A stretch of DNA of 64,000 bases from an uncultured Holophagales bacterium (GTDB lineage Bacteria > Acidobacteriota > Thermoanaerobaculia > Multivoradales > UBA5704), in NCBI GenBank assembly GCA_963842525.1, contig CAWJGT010000025.1:160001-224000 (forward strand). Reading direction: 5' to 3'. The position numbers and the translations under genes are program-made. Positions 50,479-60,631 of this stretch are shown here, in pieces; the stretch's first letter is position 1, and every line of letters begins with the position of its first letter. Under the pieces are notes generated by a model. It searched no databases, had not been told where the DNA came from, and saw only the letters and a list, made by a program, of their open reading frames with translations.

Positions 50479-52438
50479 GAGTCTTCCGCCGCCGAGGCCC
50501 CTCGGAGACGGGAGATGGGATCTGCTCCGGCACCCGCAGGTCCTCCAGATAGACGCGCAGGATCTCCCCTACGCTCATGGCGAAGGCGGAGCAACCCCGG
50601 GGCAGGTGGGGCGCGTCGCCGTCGTACATCTCGGCGAGCGAGCCGACGCAGCCGAGCGCGAGCTCGGGGAAGAGCACGCGGGCCATCTCCAGTGCCTTGC
50701 GGCGGCCCGCGTCGCCGCGGAAGCGCACCAGGCCGGTGAGGAACGGGCCCAGAAACCAGGGCCAGGCTGTGCCCCGGTGCGTTGCGGCTTCGCGGGTCTC
50801 GGGGTCCCCTGTGTACCTGGGGATGTAGTCGGGGTGGGACGGGTCCAGGGTGCGCAGGCCGCCCGGAGTGTACAGGGTGTCCTCGACGTGGCGCAGGAGG
50901 CTCATGGCTCGCGGCTTGGTCAGCAGCGGGAACGGCAGCCCCACGGCCAGGACCTGGTTGGGGCGCACCGTCGCATCGCGCCGGCCGCCTTCGATCGCAT
51001 CCGCGAGATGCCCTCCCTCCTCGTCCCAGAACAGCTCGACGAAGCGCTTCTTGGCCGCGGTCGCCCGCCGGGCGAGGACCCTTCCGGCCTCGGGATCGCC
51101 GAGGCGAGTCTCGAAGTCCGAGAGGATCGCCAGGGCATTGCACCAGAGCGCGTTGACGTCCACCGCCTTGCCTATCCATGTGAAGGAGCGCTCCGGATCG
51201 GGCGTCTCGACGAGGCCGTCCTCGGTGACCCGCGCGGACCCGGTACCCTCGTCATAGGCCGCAAGGACCTTCCGCAGGACCGGCAACAGGGTGGAGCGGA
51301 CGAATTTCTCGTCGCCCGTGGCCTGGACGTAGCGGAAGCCGGTCACGAACAGCCAGAGCGGGGTGTCCGCTGGGGCCGCTGGGGTGGCCGCAGGCTCGGG
51401 GGCGGTGTCCGCCAAGACCCCGGCGCGCCAGGTGCGGGCGATGCCGCGCAGGACCTTCTGAGCGTCGTCGCTGCGCCCGGTCCGGAGGCAGAGGCCGGGC
51501 AAGGCGATCAGCGCGTCGCGGGTCCGGATCCCGTACCAGGGATAGCCGGCGAGGATGGCGCGCTGCGTCCCCCCTGGGCTCACCACGAATTGGTCCGCCG
51601 CGAGCGCGAGGACGCGGGAGAGCCGGTCTTCCACAGGCAGCCGGGCGACCAGCTTTTCGCGCCGCCGCTGCTCGCGTGCGAAGAGGTCCAGTGCGTCGCG
51701 GCTCCCAGGATCTCCGGTCGAGGCGATCACGCCGATGCGGTCCCCCGGTCCGACCTCCAGCCGGAGAGGGCCCGGAGTCCACAGGTCCTCCTGGAAGTCG
51801 AACCCACGCTCGCGGTCCTCCATGTACACGAACCGGTACCACCAGTCCGGCCGCGGCAGCAGCTCCGCCCCGTCCACCTTCAGATAGAGGTCGGGGCCGT
51901 CGTTGCGGGACGCGAAGCGCACGAGGCCGGGGCCTGCTTCGATCTCAGGGGTGAGATCGGGATCGGCCGTGATCAGGGCATGGTAGGGCCGGTCGGCCAC
52001 GAAGGGGTGCAGCTCCAGCAGGAACGGCCCGGGCGCCTCCAGGACCTCGTAGACCACCACCGTCGTGTTCTCGCCGTGGACGGCGGCCACGGTCTTGCGC
52101 AGGCGCACGCCAAGGGCTTCGTATTCGAAGACCGGGAACAGGTCGCGCGTGAACGAGGTCAGAAGCTCGTAGCCGCGGGGGCCGATCATGCTGGGGAACT
52201 CGTTGCAGCCCAGGTCGGCCGCACCGTCCGGCAGCACGATCCGCTCCTCCAGCTTGGCAAGCGCGACCCAGCGCTGCGGCAGCTCGCGGGAGGCCACCAG
52301 GAGCCCGTGATAGCGGCGGGTGTTCGCTCCGGAGACCGTCGAAGCCGCCCAGCCGCCGAGCCCGTTCGTCTCCAGCCATTCGAGCCGGGAAGCCCGCTCG
52401 AAATGGCGAATCGTCTCCTCATCCAGATGGATCGCCAT
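50450..52438 (-). CDS. Glycogen debranching enzyme / amylo-alpha-1,6-glucosidase
   Basis: EWLETNGLGG.AS.T..G.NTRRYHGLL, ILAGYPWY, RDALIALPGL, ADTPLW, VRPNQ, TPGGLRTL, HRGTAWPW. Confidence 0.88.
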   Translation of the reverse strand: MAIHLDEETIRHFERASRLEWLETNGLGGWAASTVSGANTRRYHGLLVASRELPQRWVALAKLEERIVLPDGAADLGCNEFPSMIGPRGYELLTSFTRDLFPVFEYEALGVRLRKTVAAVHGENTTVVVYEVLEAPGPFLLELHPFVADRPYHALITADPDLTPEIEAGPGLVRFASRNDGPDLYLKVDGAELLPRPDWWYRFVYMEDRERGFDFQEDLWTPGPLRLEVGPGDRIGVIASTGDPGSRDALDLFAREQRRREKLVARLPVEDRLSRVLALAADQFVVSPGGTQRAILAGYPWYGIRTRDALIALPGLCLRTGRSDDAQKVLRGIARTWRAGVLADTAPEPAATPAAPADTPLWLFVTGFRYVQATGDEKFVRSTLLPVLRKVLAAYDEGTGSARVTEDGLVETPDPERSFTWIGKAVDVNALWCNALAILSDFETRLGDPEAGRVLARRATAAKKRFVELFWDEEGGHLADAIEGGRRDATVRPNQVLAVGLPFPLLTKPRAMSLLRHVEDTLYTPGGLRTLDPSHPDYIPRYTGDPETREAATHRGTAWPWFLGPFLTGLVRFRGDAGRRKALEMARVLFPELALGCVGSLAEMYDGDAPHLPRGCSAFAMSVGEILRVYLEDLRVPEQIPSPVSEGPRRRKTPTAAGARSR

Positions 52439-52537
52439 GAAACCCCTCCTCCGTCCGGCCCGTCCTGCCGGTTGCGTCCAAGGTGCAGGGCCGCCGGGGA
52501 ACCCCCGGCCGCGTCGGCGGAGTGTAGCAAAGGGAGG

Positions 52538-52582
52538 ACATTACCCTCTTTGTTACCCTCTTTTGGGGAATTACCCTCTTTT
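52538..52582. repeat. Triple TTACCCTCTT motif; direct repeat of 53643-53688 flanking the Fic gene
   Basis: ACATTACCCTCTTTGTTACCCTCTTTTGGGGAATTACCCTCTTTT vs ACATTACCTTCATTATTACCCTCTTTTGGGGGAAATTACCCTCTTT. Confidence 0.75.
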
Positions 52583-53614
52583 TCTCCAGGCGGCTCCCGG
52601 TCCCTTGCCGAGGCACTCGACCTTCCCCTCTCTCTGGAGGCGCTTCAGGACGTGGCGGACCATGTCCCGGCTGACGCCTGGCGAGGCGCGCTCCACGTCG
52701 GCGAGAGAGAAGCCTCCTGGGAATGCGGACACTGCGGCTTCGACCAAGGCCGTCTTGGCGCCGCGGGCCCCTTGGACCTGCCCGGTTCGCTCTTCGAGCT
52801 CCCGGTAGGCTCGCTTCAAGATGGCCAGGAAGTAGTTGAGCCAGGGAAGGAGGTCGTGCCGGGCCTCGTGCCATCCCTCGGAGCTGCGGTGAAGGGCTTC
52901 GTAATAGTCCTCCCGCGACTCCTCCACCAGACGCTCGAGGCCGATGTACCTCCCCACCTCATAGCCGTGCTGGTACAGGGCCAGGAGAGTCAGGAGACGG
53001 GAGACACGTCCGTTGCCGTCCCGGAACGGATGGATGCAGAGAAAATCGAAGACCAGGGCGGCGACGGCGACGAGAGGGGGCATCTGACCCTGTCCCAGCC
53101 CGTGGCGATAGGCCAGGCAGAGCTCCTCGACCGCGGCGGATGTATCCGCTGCCAGGACAGGCCGGAATCGCACGAGAGGAGCCCCTCCCTCCCGAAGCTC
53201 GACGATCTCGTTCTCGACCCGCTTCCATTGTCCGGCGTCGCCGCTCCCCTCCTGGATCATTCGGTGAAGCCGCAGCAGCAACTCCGGAGTCACCGCCAGA
53301 TCGTCGGCACTCGTGTGAATGAGATCGAGCGCCCGCCGATAGCCCCGGATCTCCTCCTCGGATCGATCGCGCGGTCTGGCGTTCTCCAGTACCAGGGGGA
53401 CCAGGCGGTCCGGCGCAACCGTGATCCCTTCGATGCGGTTCGAGGACTCGACGCTCTGGACGAGCGCCGTGTCTCGGAGAGCCTGGAGGATCTGAGGCGC
53501 CTGATGTACGTAGAGATCCTGCCGCCCCTTCGCCTCGGCATTATCAGTCAGCAGCCACACGGAGCTGACGGGCAGCGAGAGTTGCGCCAGACGCGCTCCA
53601 CGGAAGGACATCAT
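52571..53614 (-). CDS. Fic family protein with C-terminal HTH
   Basis: SSNRIEG, IHPFRDGNGRVSR, GVSRDMVRHVL...LGKG..A.W. Confidence 0.92.
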   Translation of the reverse strand: MMSFRGARLAQLSLPVSSVWLLTDNAEAKGRQDLYVHQAPQILQALRDTALVQSVESSNRIEGITVAPDRLVPLVLENARPRDRSEEEIRGYRRALDLIHTSADDLAVTPELLLRLHRMIQEGSGDAGQWKRVENEIVELREGGAPLVRFRPVLAADTSAAVEELCLAYRHGLGQGQMPPLVAVAALVFDFLCIHPFRDGNGRVSRLLTLLALYQHGYEVGRYIGLERLVEESREDYYEALHRSSEGWHEARHDLLPWLNYFLAILKRAYRELEERTGQVQGARGAKTALVEAAVSAFPGGFSLADVERASPGVSRDMVRHVLKRLQREGKVECLGKGPGAAWRKRG

Positions 53615-53718
53615 AGGTAGGCTCTCCGGTCGGGCATGCCAGACATTACCTTCATTATTACCCTCTTTTGGGGGAAATTACCCTCTTTCCTCGGCCTGTA
53701 GGCCGGGACCGCCTGGCT

Positions 53719-54470
53719 TCAGTGAGATGGAGCCAAGCGCACGAGCGGCCAGACCACTACGTCGATCTTCCGCGCGAAGTGCAACAGGGCCGGCGGTCCG
53801 TCGAGCCTCAGCCCGTGGGGTGCCGCCACCTCGTTTCGCTCGATCTCGGCCTCTGCCTTCTGGAGCGGCCAGGGCCTGTGGTGGACCTCCGCCCGGTACA
53901 GCGACCCGTCAGGCGCCTGGGCATACAGACAGTAGCGCTCGGTCAGGAAGTGCTCGAGAGTCCCGGGCATCGCCTCATAGAGTGGAGACGTAGGCCGATA
54001 GGTCCCGGAGAACCGGGCGGCATCGCCTTCACTTCGGCGCTCGGACCTGTACCGGAACGTGTCTCCGTCGCCGTCGATCGCCATCTCCGCATAGAAATAA
54101 GGAAGATGGAAGAACCGGCGTGCCGCCCAGACCGCGACCGGATTGGCGGCGTCCAGGCTGAGGAACCACACCCCCGGCTTGCCGTCCAGCTCGACATACA
54201 GCCGCAGGTTGAGCTCCGGAAATGCGGAGAGCCAGGGTAAATTCGGCACCAGCCGCGGCGAGACGCCCGTCATACGGAACGGCACGACACCGATCCAGGA
54301 CGTCCCCTCACATTCCTGGATCGTGAGTGGCTCGGCACCAGGGGTCGGAGGGCGTCCGCTGCGATCGGCCAGTGGGCGAACAGCAGGTCCCGCCACGTCT
54401 GCCGCCAGGCCCATCGGCGAGACGGCGCCGGCCAGGGCCGGTGGTCCGTTCGGGAGAAGGCAGGATGCAT
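53719..54470 (-). CDS. DUF2071/YqjF family protein; frameshift at ~54330
   Basis: HRPWP...QTWRDLLFAHWP | WIGVVPF, FPELNLR.YV..GKPGVWFLSLDA, FLTERY, H.PWPLQ. Confidence 0.85.
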
Positions 54471-54679
54471 GGTCGGGCTCGGGTTCGGTCGAAGAGATTA
54501 TGCCTCGTTCGCCCGACTGTTGGTCGTCGGGCCGCGCCCCCGCGCCAGAGGTTTTAGCCACAGCCTCACTGCCAGGTGTATCCGGGACCGGATCGCGCCT
54601 GACAGGGCCTAGCGACGAGTCCCCGGTATACTCTTCGGAGACAAAAGGACCGGAGAGCGCTCAGGTGAAGAATGCCTAC

Positions 54680-54760
54680 GCCCCTTCGGGGCTGGGAGGG
54701 TTGGGGGGCGGCCGACCCGGCGCTGAAGCGCCAGGCTTTATGCCTGTGCCCCTTCGGGGC
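54680..54760. repeat. REP-like palindromic element
   Basis: GCCCCTTCGGGGC...CCAGGCTTTATGCC..GCCCCTTCGGGGC; same family as 6768. Confidence 0.6.
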
Positions 54761-54937
54761 GTTTCTGCGGCGCCTCTGAGACGGCCTCCGCGACAGCTCG
54801 GAGCTTCTCGATCATTCCGCCATCTCGCAGTTCCGGGCAATCCGCTCGGCTGGAGTCAGCTCCTGAAGCTCACGGAGGAGGGTGAGATCGTGGCCGCGGG
54901 GGGGGGCGTTCGGCGGGCCCAGGCGTCGATTCTGCGC

Positions 54938-57212
54938 TCACCCCACCTCCATCCCCGAGACATTCTGGAACCCCCGCGGCAGCTTGTTGCCCCGCTGTGC
55001 TCTCTTGCCGACGAACGGCTCGTATTCGGAGGCCCTCATGTTGAGGTAGCGTTTGCCCGAGTGGACGATGAGGTGCGCTCCGGGGGGGAGCGGGGTCAAG
55101 GCGATCAGAGATTCTCCCTTGCCGGCGGGGAAGTGGAGGATTTTCACTCCCTTGCCTCTGGGCAACAGGGGTAGCTCGTTCGAGCTGGAAGACCAGCAGG
55201 CGGCCGGCGTCGGTGGCGGCGGCGAGGAGGTCTTTGTCCAGGTTGTTCACCTTGAGCGGGGGGAGGACCTTGGCGCCGGCGGGCACGGTGACGATGGCTT
55301 TGCCGGCCCGGTTGCGGGCCTGGAGGTCTCCGAGCTTTACGACGAAGCCGTAGCCGGCGCTTGTGGCCAGGATCCAGAGGTCTTCGTCGCTCCCCATCAT
55401 CACGCCCAGGAAGCTCGCTCCCGGCGGCGGCGTGAGATGGCTCGACAACGGTTCGCCCTGGCCCCTGGCGGAGGGGAGGGCGTGCGCCGGCAGCGAGTAG
55501 GTGCGGCCGGTCGAATCCAGGAACACCGCTTGCTGGTTGCTCCGGCCCTTGGCGGACATGAAGAAGGCGTCGCCCGCCTTGTAGGAAAGCTCTTTTGGAT
55601 CGAGCTCGTGCCCCTTGCCGGCCCGCACCCAGCCCTTTTCGGAGAGGACGACGGTGACCGGCTCGGTCGGGATCAGGACCGACTCGTCCATGGCCTTGGC
55701 CGCGCCGCGCTCGACGATCGGGGAGCGCCGCGGGTCGCCGTACTCCGCGGCATCCGCGATCAGCTCGTCCTTCACCTTGCGGCGCAGCCGGGTCTCGGAG
55801 CTGAGGGTCTTCTCCAGCAGGTCCCGCTCTTTGAGGAGCTCGGCCTGCTCGCCGCGGATCTTGATCTCTTCCAGGCGGGCGATGTGGCGCAGCTTGAGCT
55901 CCAGGATCGCTTCGGCCTGCGTGTCCGAGAGATGGAAGCGGGCCATCAGGACCGGCTTGGGCTCGTCTTCGGTGCGGATGATCCGGATCACCTCGTCGAT
56001 GTTCAGGTAGGCGATCAGGTAGCCGTCGAGGATGTGGAGCCGCGCCAGGACCTTGTCGTAGCGGAAGCGGAGGCGCCGGCGGACGGTCTCGATGCGGAAG
56101 AGGAGCCATTCGGCGAGGAGGTCGCGGAGCCGGTACTGCTTCGGCCGGCCTTCGAGGCCGATCATGGTCAGGTTGACGCGGTAGGTCCGCTCGAGGTCCG
56201 TGGTGGCGAAGAGGTGAGCCATCAGGGATTCGACGTCCACCCGGTTCGAGCGCGGGGTGATGACCAGCCGGGTCGGGTTTTCGTGGTCCGACTCGTCGCG
56301 CACGGTCTCCACCATCGGCAGCTTCTTGGCCTCCATCTGGGCGGCGATCTGGGTCATGATCTTGCTGCCGGAGACCTGGAACGGCAGGGCCGTGATGATG
56401 ACGTCGCCGTCCTCCATCTCGTAGCGCGCTCGCATGCGGACCGAGCCCGAGCCGGTGTCGTAGAGCTTCCGGATCTCCGGGCGCGGCGTGATGATCTCGG
56501 CTTCGGTTGGAAAGTCCGGGCCGAGGATCGGCTCGTAGAGCTCGTCGTCGGAGACCTTGGGGTTGTCGAGCAGCCGGACGCAGGCCTCGACCACCTCGGA
56601 TGCGTTGTGCGGCGGGATGTCGGTCGCCATGCCCACGGCGATGCCGGAGGCGCCGTTCAGGAGCACGTGCGGCAGCCGCGAGGGCAGGAGCTTCGGCTCC
56701 TCCAGGGTGCCGTCGAAGTTCGGGCCCCAGTCCACCGTGCCCTGGCCGAGCTCCGACAGGAGGCTCTGGGCGAACGGCGCCATCTTCGCCTCGGTATAGC
56801 GCATGGCCGCGAACGACTTGGGATCGTCCTGCGAGCCCCAGTTCCCCTGCCCCTCGATCAATGGATAACGGAACGAGAACGGCTGCGCCAGGAGCACCAT
56901 GGCCTCGTAGCAGGCGACGTCGCCGTGCGGGTGGTACTTGCCGAGGACGTCGCCCACGGTGCGGGCCGACTTCTTGGGTTTCGCATTGGGGCCGAGCCCC
57001 AGCTCGGACATGGCGTAGACGATCCGCCGCTGCACCGGCTTCAGGCCGTCCGCGATGTGCGGCAGCGCGCGGTCGAGGATGACGTACATCGAGTAGTCGC
57101 GGTACGCCTTCTCGGCGAAGTCCGCGAGCGCGCGCTTCTCGACGTCGATGAACGGGAGCTGGGGCGTCGAGCCGTTGCCGCCGCCGGAGCGTCTGCGGGA
57201 TGAGCGTGCCAT
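54938..57212 (-). CDS. parC: DNA topoisomerase IV subunit A; frameshift at ~55175 near the C-terminus
   Basis: [34 protein letters not shown]; the C-terminus continues in another frame (LPRGKGVKI...RGNKLPRG). Confidence 0.93.
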
Positions 57213-57218
57213 CGGGTG

Positions 57219-59138
57219 CTAGACCTCCACGTCGGCCTTGTCGCCCGTCTCCATGAGCCACTCCTTGCGGTCGGCGGCACGGGCCTTGGCGAGGAGCTTG
57301 TCGAGGACGGTATCTGCATCGAAAGCGGGGTTCTCGCCGTCGAGGTAGAGCTGGACAAGGCGGCGGGTCTCCGGGGCCATGGTGGTCTCGCGGAGCTGCA
57401 GGGGGTTCATCTCGCCCAGGCCCTTGAAGCGCTGGACGTTGACCTTGCCGCGGATCTTCTCCGCCTCGATCCGGTCGAGGATGCCTTTCTTCTCCCGCTC
57501 GTCCAGGGCGTAGAAGACCTCCTTGCCCACGTCGATCCGGTAGAGCGGCGGCATGGCCACGTGGACGTGCCCCTGCTCGATCAGCGGACGGAAGTGCCGG
57601 AGGAACAGGGCGCAGAGGAGCGTGGCGATGTGGGCGCCGTCGGAGTCCGCATCGGCCAGGATGCAGATCTTGCCGTAGCGCAGCCCCTCCAGGTTGTTCG
57701 AGCCGGGGTCGACCCCCAGGGCCACGGCGATGTCGTGCACCTCCTGCGAGGCGAGCACCTCTGCGGAGTCCACCTCCCAGGTATTCAGGATCTTGCCGCG
57801 CAGGGGGAGAATCGCCTGGAACTCGCGGCTGCGGGCCTGTTTGGCCGAGCCGCCCGCCGAGTCGCCTTCGACCAGGAACAGCTCGGTCTGGCCCAGATCC
57901 TGGCTGGAGCAGTCGGCGAGCTTGCCGGGCAGGGCCGGGCCGCTCGTCACCGTCTTCCGCTTGACCTTCTTGCCGGAGCGTTGCCGCGCCTGGGCGCTGT
58001 CGATCGCGAGACGGGCGATCCTCTCCGCGTCGGCCGTGTGCTGGTTGAGCCAGAGGGCGCAGGCGTCCTTGGTCACGCCGCCCACGAAGGCGGCGGCCTC
58101 GCGCGAGGAGAGCCGCTCCTTGGTCTGGCCGGTGAACTGCGGGTCCTTCATGCGCACGGAGAGGACATAGGTGCAGCGCGCCCAGACGTCCTCGGGCGCG
58201 AGCTTGACCCCGCGCGGCAGCAGATCGCGGAATTCGCAGAATTCGCGGATCGCCTCGGTCAGCCCGGAGCGGAAGCCGTTGACGTGCGTCCCCCCCTGGG
58301 TCGTGGGGATCAGGTTGACGTAGCTCTCGGCCAGCAGCTCACCGGGCGCCGGGTCGTCCTCCTCGGACACCCAGGCCACGGCCCAGTCGACCTCCTCGTC
58401 CTTGCCGCGGAAATGGCCGATGAACGGCTTCTCCGGCACCATCTCCGACTCGGCCATCTCGTCGAGGAGGTATTCGGGCAGGCCGTCCTCGTAGAACCAG
58501 TCCTCGTTGTCGTCGGCCGCGGCCTCGTGGACGAAGCGGATGTGGAGGCCCGGGCTGAGCACCGCCTTGGCGCGCAGGACGTGCTTGATCTTCGGGACGC
58601 CGAACTTGGGCGAGTCGAAGAACTTGGGGTCCGGCCAGAAGCGGACGGTGGTGCCCGTGTTGCGCTGCCCCACCGTGCCCACGACCTTGAGCTTCGAGGT
58701 CTTCTGACCGTCCGCGAAGGCCATGTGGTGCTCCTTGCCGTCGCGGCGCACCCAGACCTCCAACCGGGCCGACAGGGCGTTCACCACCGAGACGCCGACA
58801 CCGTGCAGGCCGCCGGAGAAGCGGTAGCTCTTGTCCGAAAATTTGGCGCCGGAGTGGAGCCGGGTGAGGATGACCTCGACCCCGGGCAGCTTCTCCTCCT
58901 TATGGAGGTCGACCGGCATACCGCGGCCGTTGTCGGCCACGGAGAACGAGCTGTCGTCGTGGAGGGTGACCGCGATCTGGTTGCAATGGCCGGCGATGGC
59001 CTCGTCGACGGCGTTGTCGATGACCTCCTGGGCCAGGTGGTCGGGCCGGTCGGTGAACGTGTACATGCCGGGGCGCTTGCGCACCGGCTCGAGCCCGGTC
59101 AGGACTTCGATGGCAGAGGCGTCGTAGGTGGTCGCCAT
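57219..59138 (-). CDS. parE: DNA topoisomerase IV subunit B
   Basis: LEPVRKRPGMY, EVIDNAVDE, GGLHGVGVSVVNALS, VEGDSAGG, PLRGKILN, DADSDG, RFKGLGEM. Confidence 0.95.
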   Translation of the reverse strand: MATTYDASAIEVLTGLEPVRKRPGMYTFTDRPDHLAQEVIDNAVDEAIAGHCNQIAVTLHDDSSFSVADNGRGMPVDLHKEEKLPGVEVILTRLHSGAKFSDKSYRFSGGLHGVGVSVVNALSARLEVWVRRDGKEHHMAFADGQKTSKLKVVGTVGQRNTGTTVRFWPDPKFFDSPKFGVPKIKHVLRAKAVLSPGLHIRFVHEAAADDNEDWFYEDGLPEYLLDEMAESEMVPEKPFIGHFRGKDEEVDWAVAWVSEEDDPAPGELLAESYVNLIPTTQGGTHVNGFRSGLTEAIREFCEFRDLLPRGVKLAPEDVWARCTYVLSVRMKDPQFTGQTKERLSSREAAAFVGGVTKDACALWLNQHTADAERIARLAIDSAQARQRSGKKVKRKTVTSGPALPGKLADCSSQDLGQTELFLVEGDSAGGSAKQARSREFQAILPLRGKILNTWEVDSAEVLASQEVHDIAVALGVDPGSNNLEGLRYGKICILADADSDGAHIATLLCALFLRHFRPLIEQGHVHVAMPPLYRIDVGKEVFYALDEREKKGILDRIEAEKIRGKVNVQRFKGLGEMNPLQLRETTMAPETRRLVQLYLDGENPAFDADTVLDKLLAKARAADRKEWLMETGDKADVEV

Positions 59139-59253
59139 GGGGTTTCAGTTCAGGTCGAGCGCTTCTCTCTCATGATCGGACGGCCATGATACAGGAGCCG
59201 CCGAGGCCGATCGACTCCCGCCGAGACCGGAAAACCGGTATCGCGATTGCGCC

Positions 59254-59282
59254 TTGACGACATCCAACCCCGGTGATACTAT
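59254..59282 (+). promoter_or_regulatory. Sigma70-type promoter for the DUF1579 genes
   Basis: TTGACG-17 nt-TACTAT with extended TG. Confidence 0.6.
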
Positions 59283-59360
59283 GCGGTAACGAGGCGTAAT
59301 TCAAGCCCTTTGACAGCCTTGTCCCTAGCGTCAACGTTCAACCCGAGAGGAGGAGCTGGT

Positions 59361-59969
59361 ATGAAGATTCGAGCGAGAGTTCTGCTGTCGCTGTTCGTCG
59401 TTTCGATGGTCCTGGCCGGCGTGGCCGTCGCCCAGGAGCCGAAGCCCGGTGACATGGGGATGACCCCCGAGCAGATGCAGGCCATGACGCAGGCCATGAG
59501 CCCCGGAGAGCCGCACAAGCGGATGGCCCGCATGGTGGGCGACTGGGATTTCACGAACAAGTTTTCTATGGCCCCGGGCGCCCCGCCCACCGAGTCGAAG
59601 GGGACCATGCACGCCGAGGCGCTGATGGGCGGCCGCTACGTCGAGCACCACTGGAAGGGCGACATGATGGGGATGCCGTTCGAGGGTCGCGGCACCGAGG
59701 CCTACGACAACATGACGAAGCAGTACATCAGCTCCTGGATCGACAACATGGGGACCGGGATCATGGTCCAGACCGGCTCTTGCGACAACACCGGGAAGAC
59801 CTGCACCCTGGTCGGCGACAGCATGGACCCGATGAGCGGCAAGAAGGTGACGATGAAGTCCGTGATCACCTGGATTGACAACGACACCTTCACGAACGAG
59901 ATGTACGGGCCGGACCCCTCTGGCAAAGAAACGAAATGGATGGAGATCACGGCGAAGCGGAAGAAGTAG
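59361..59969 (+). CDS. DUF1579 domain secreted protein
   Basis: PGEPHK...GDW...MGGRY...PFEG.G..AYDN...SSWIDNMGTG. Confidence 0.85.
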   Translation: MKIRARVLLSLFVVSMVLAGVAVAQEPKPGDMGMTPEQMQAMTQAMSPGEPHKRMARMVGDWDFTNKFSMAPGAPPTESKGTMHAEALMGGRYVEHHWKGDMMGMPFEGRGTEAYDNMTKQYISSWIDNMGTGIMVQTGSCDNTGKTCTLVGDSMDPMSGKKVTMKSVITWIDNDTFTNEMYGPDPSGKETKWMEITAKRKK

Positions 59970-59999
59970 TCAACGTTCAACCGGAGAGGAGGAGTCGGT

Positions 60000-60587
60000 A
60001 TGAAGAATCGAATGAGATTCGTGCTGCCATTGTTCACCGTTGCGATGCTGCTCGCCGGCGTGGCCGCCGCCCAGCAACCGAGCCAGGCGGAGATGGAGGC
60101 CATGATGAAGGCCATGACCCCCGGTGAGGAGCATAAGCAACTGGCCAGGATGGCGGGGGATTGGGAGTACACCAGCAAGATGTGGATGGCGCCGGGCGCG
60201 CCGCCGTCGGAGTCGGGCGGCACGGTGCACGCGGAGACCATCCTGGGCGGCCGGTATGTCCAGTCGCACTGGAAGGGCAGCATGATGGGCATGCCCTTCG
60301 AGGGGCACGGCACGGACGCCTACGACAACCTCGGCAAGAAGTACGTCAGCTCCTGGGTGGACAACATGAGCACGGGCATCCTCTACTCGACCGGCACCTG
60401 CGAGCAGGGCGGCAAGGTCTGCCGGCAGGCCGGCAACATGATCGACCCGATGACCGGGAAGGACACGGTCTGGAAGTCCGTCACCACCTGGTCGGACGAC
60501 AACAATTTCAAGCTGGAGATGTTCGGGAACGACCCGTCCGGCAAGGAAATGAAGATGTTCGAGATGACGGCGAAGCGGAAGAAGTAG
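60000..60587 (+). CDS. DUF1579 domain secreted protein (tandem paralog)
   Basis: Same motifs; same leader TCAACGTTCAACC.GAGAGGAGGAG. Confidence 0.85.
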   Translation: MKNRMRFVLPLFTVAMLLAGVAAAQQPSQAEMEAMMKAMTPGEEHKQLARMAGDWEYTSKMWMAPGAPPSESGGTVHAETILGGRYVQSHWKGSMMGMPFEGHGTDAYDNLGKKYVSSWVDNMSTGILYSTGTCEQGGKVCRQAGNMIDPMTGKDTVWKSVTTWSDDNNFKLEMFGNDPSGKEMKMFEMTAKRKK

Positions 60588-60600
60588 CCGTTCGTCTCCG

Positions 60601-60628
60601 GCCGGAGGGGCGGAGCGGCCCCTCCGGC
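60601..60628. terminator. GC-rich hairpin between convergent genes
   Basis: GCCGGAGGGGC-GGAGCG-GCCCCTCCGGC; no U tract. Confidence 0.5.
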
Positions 60629-60631
60629 ATC

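Noticed and set aside
52517-52530. tRNA start (CGGAGTGTAGC)
   Set aside because: No cloverleaf continuation.
50606-53620. 1004-aa plus-strand ORF and similar long ORFs (43878-46184, 55053-57203, 57216-59189, 28596-30548)
   Set aside because: Antisense shadows of real high-GC genes, with no recognisable motifs.
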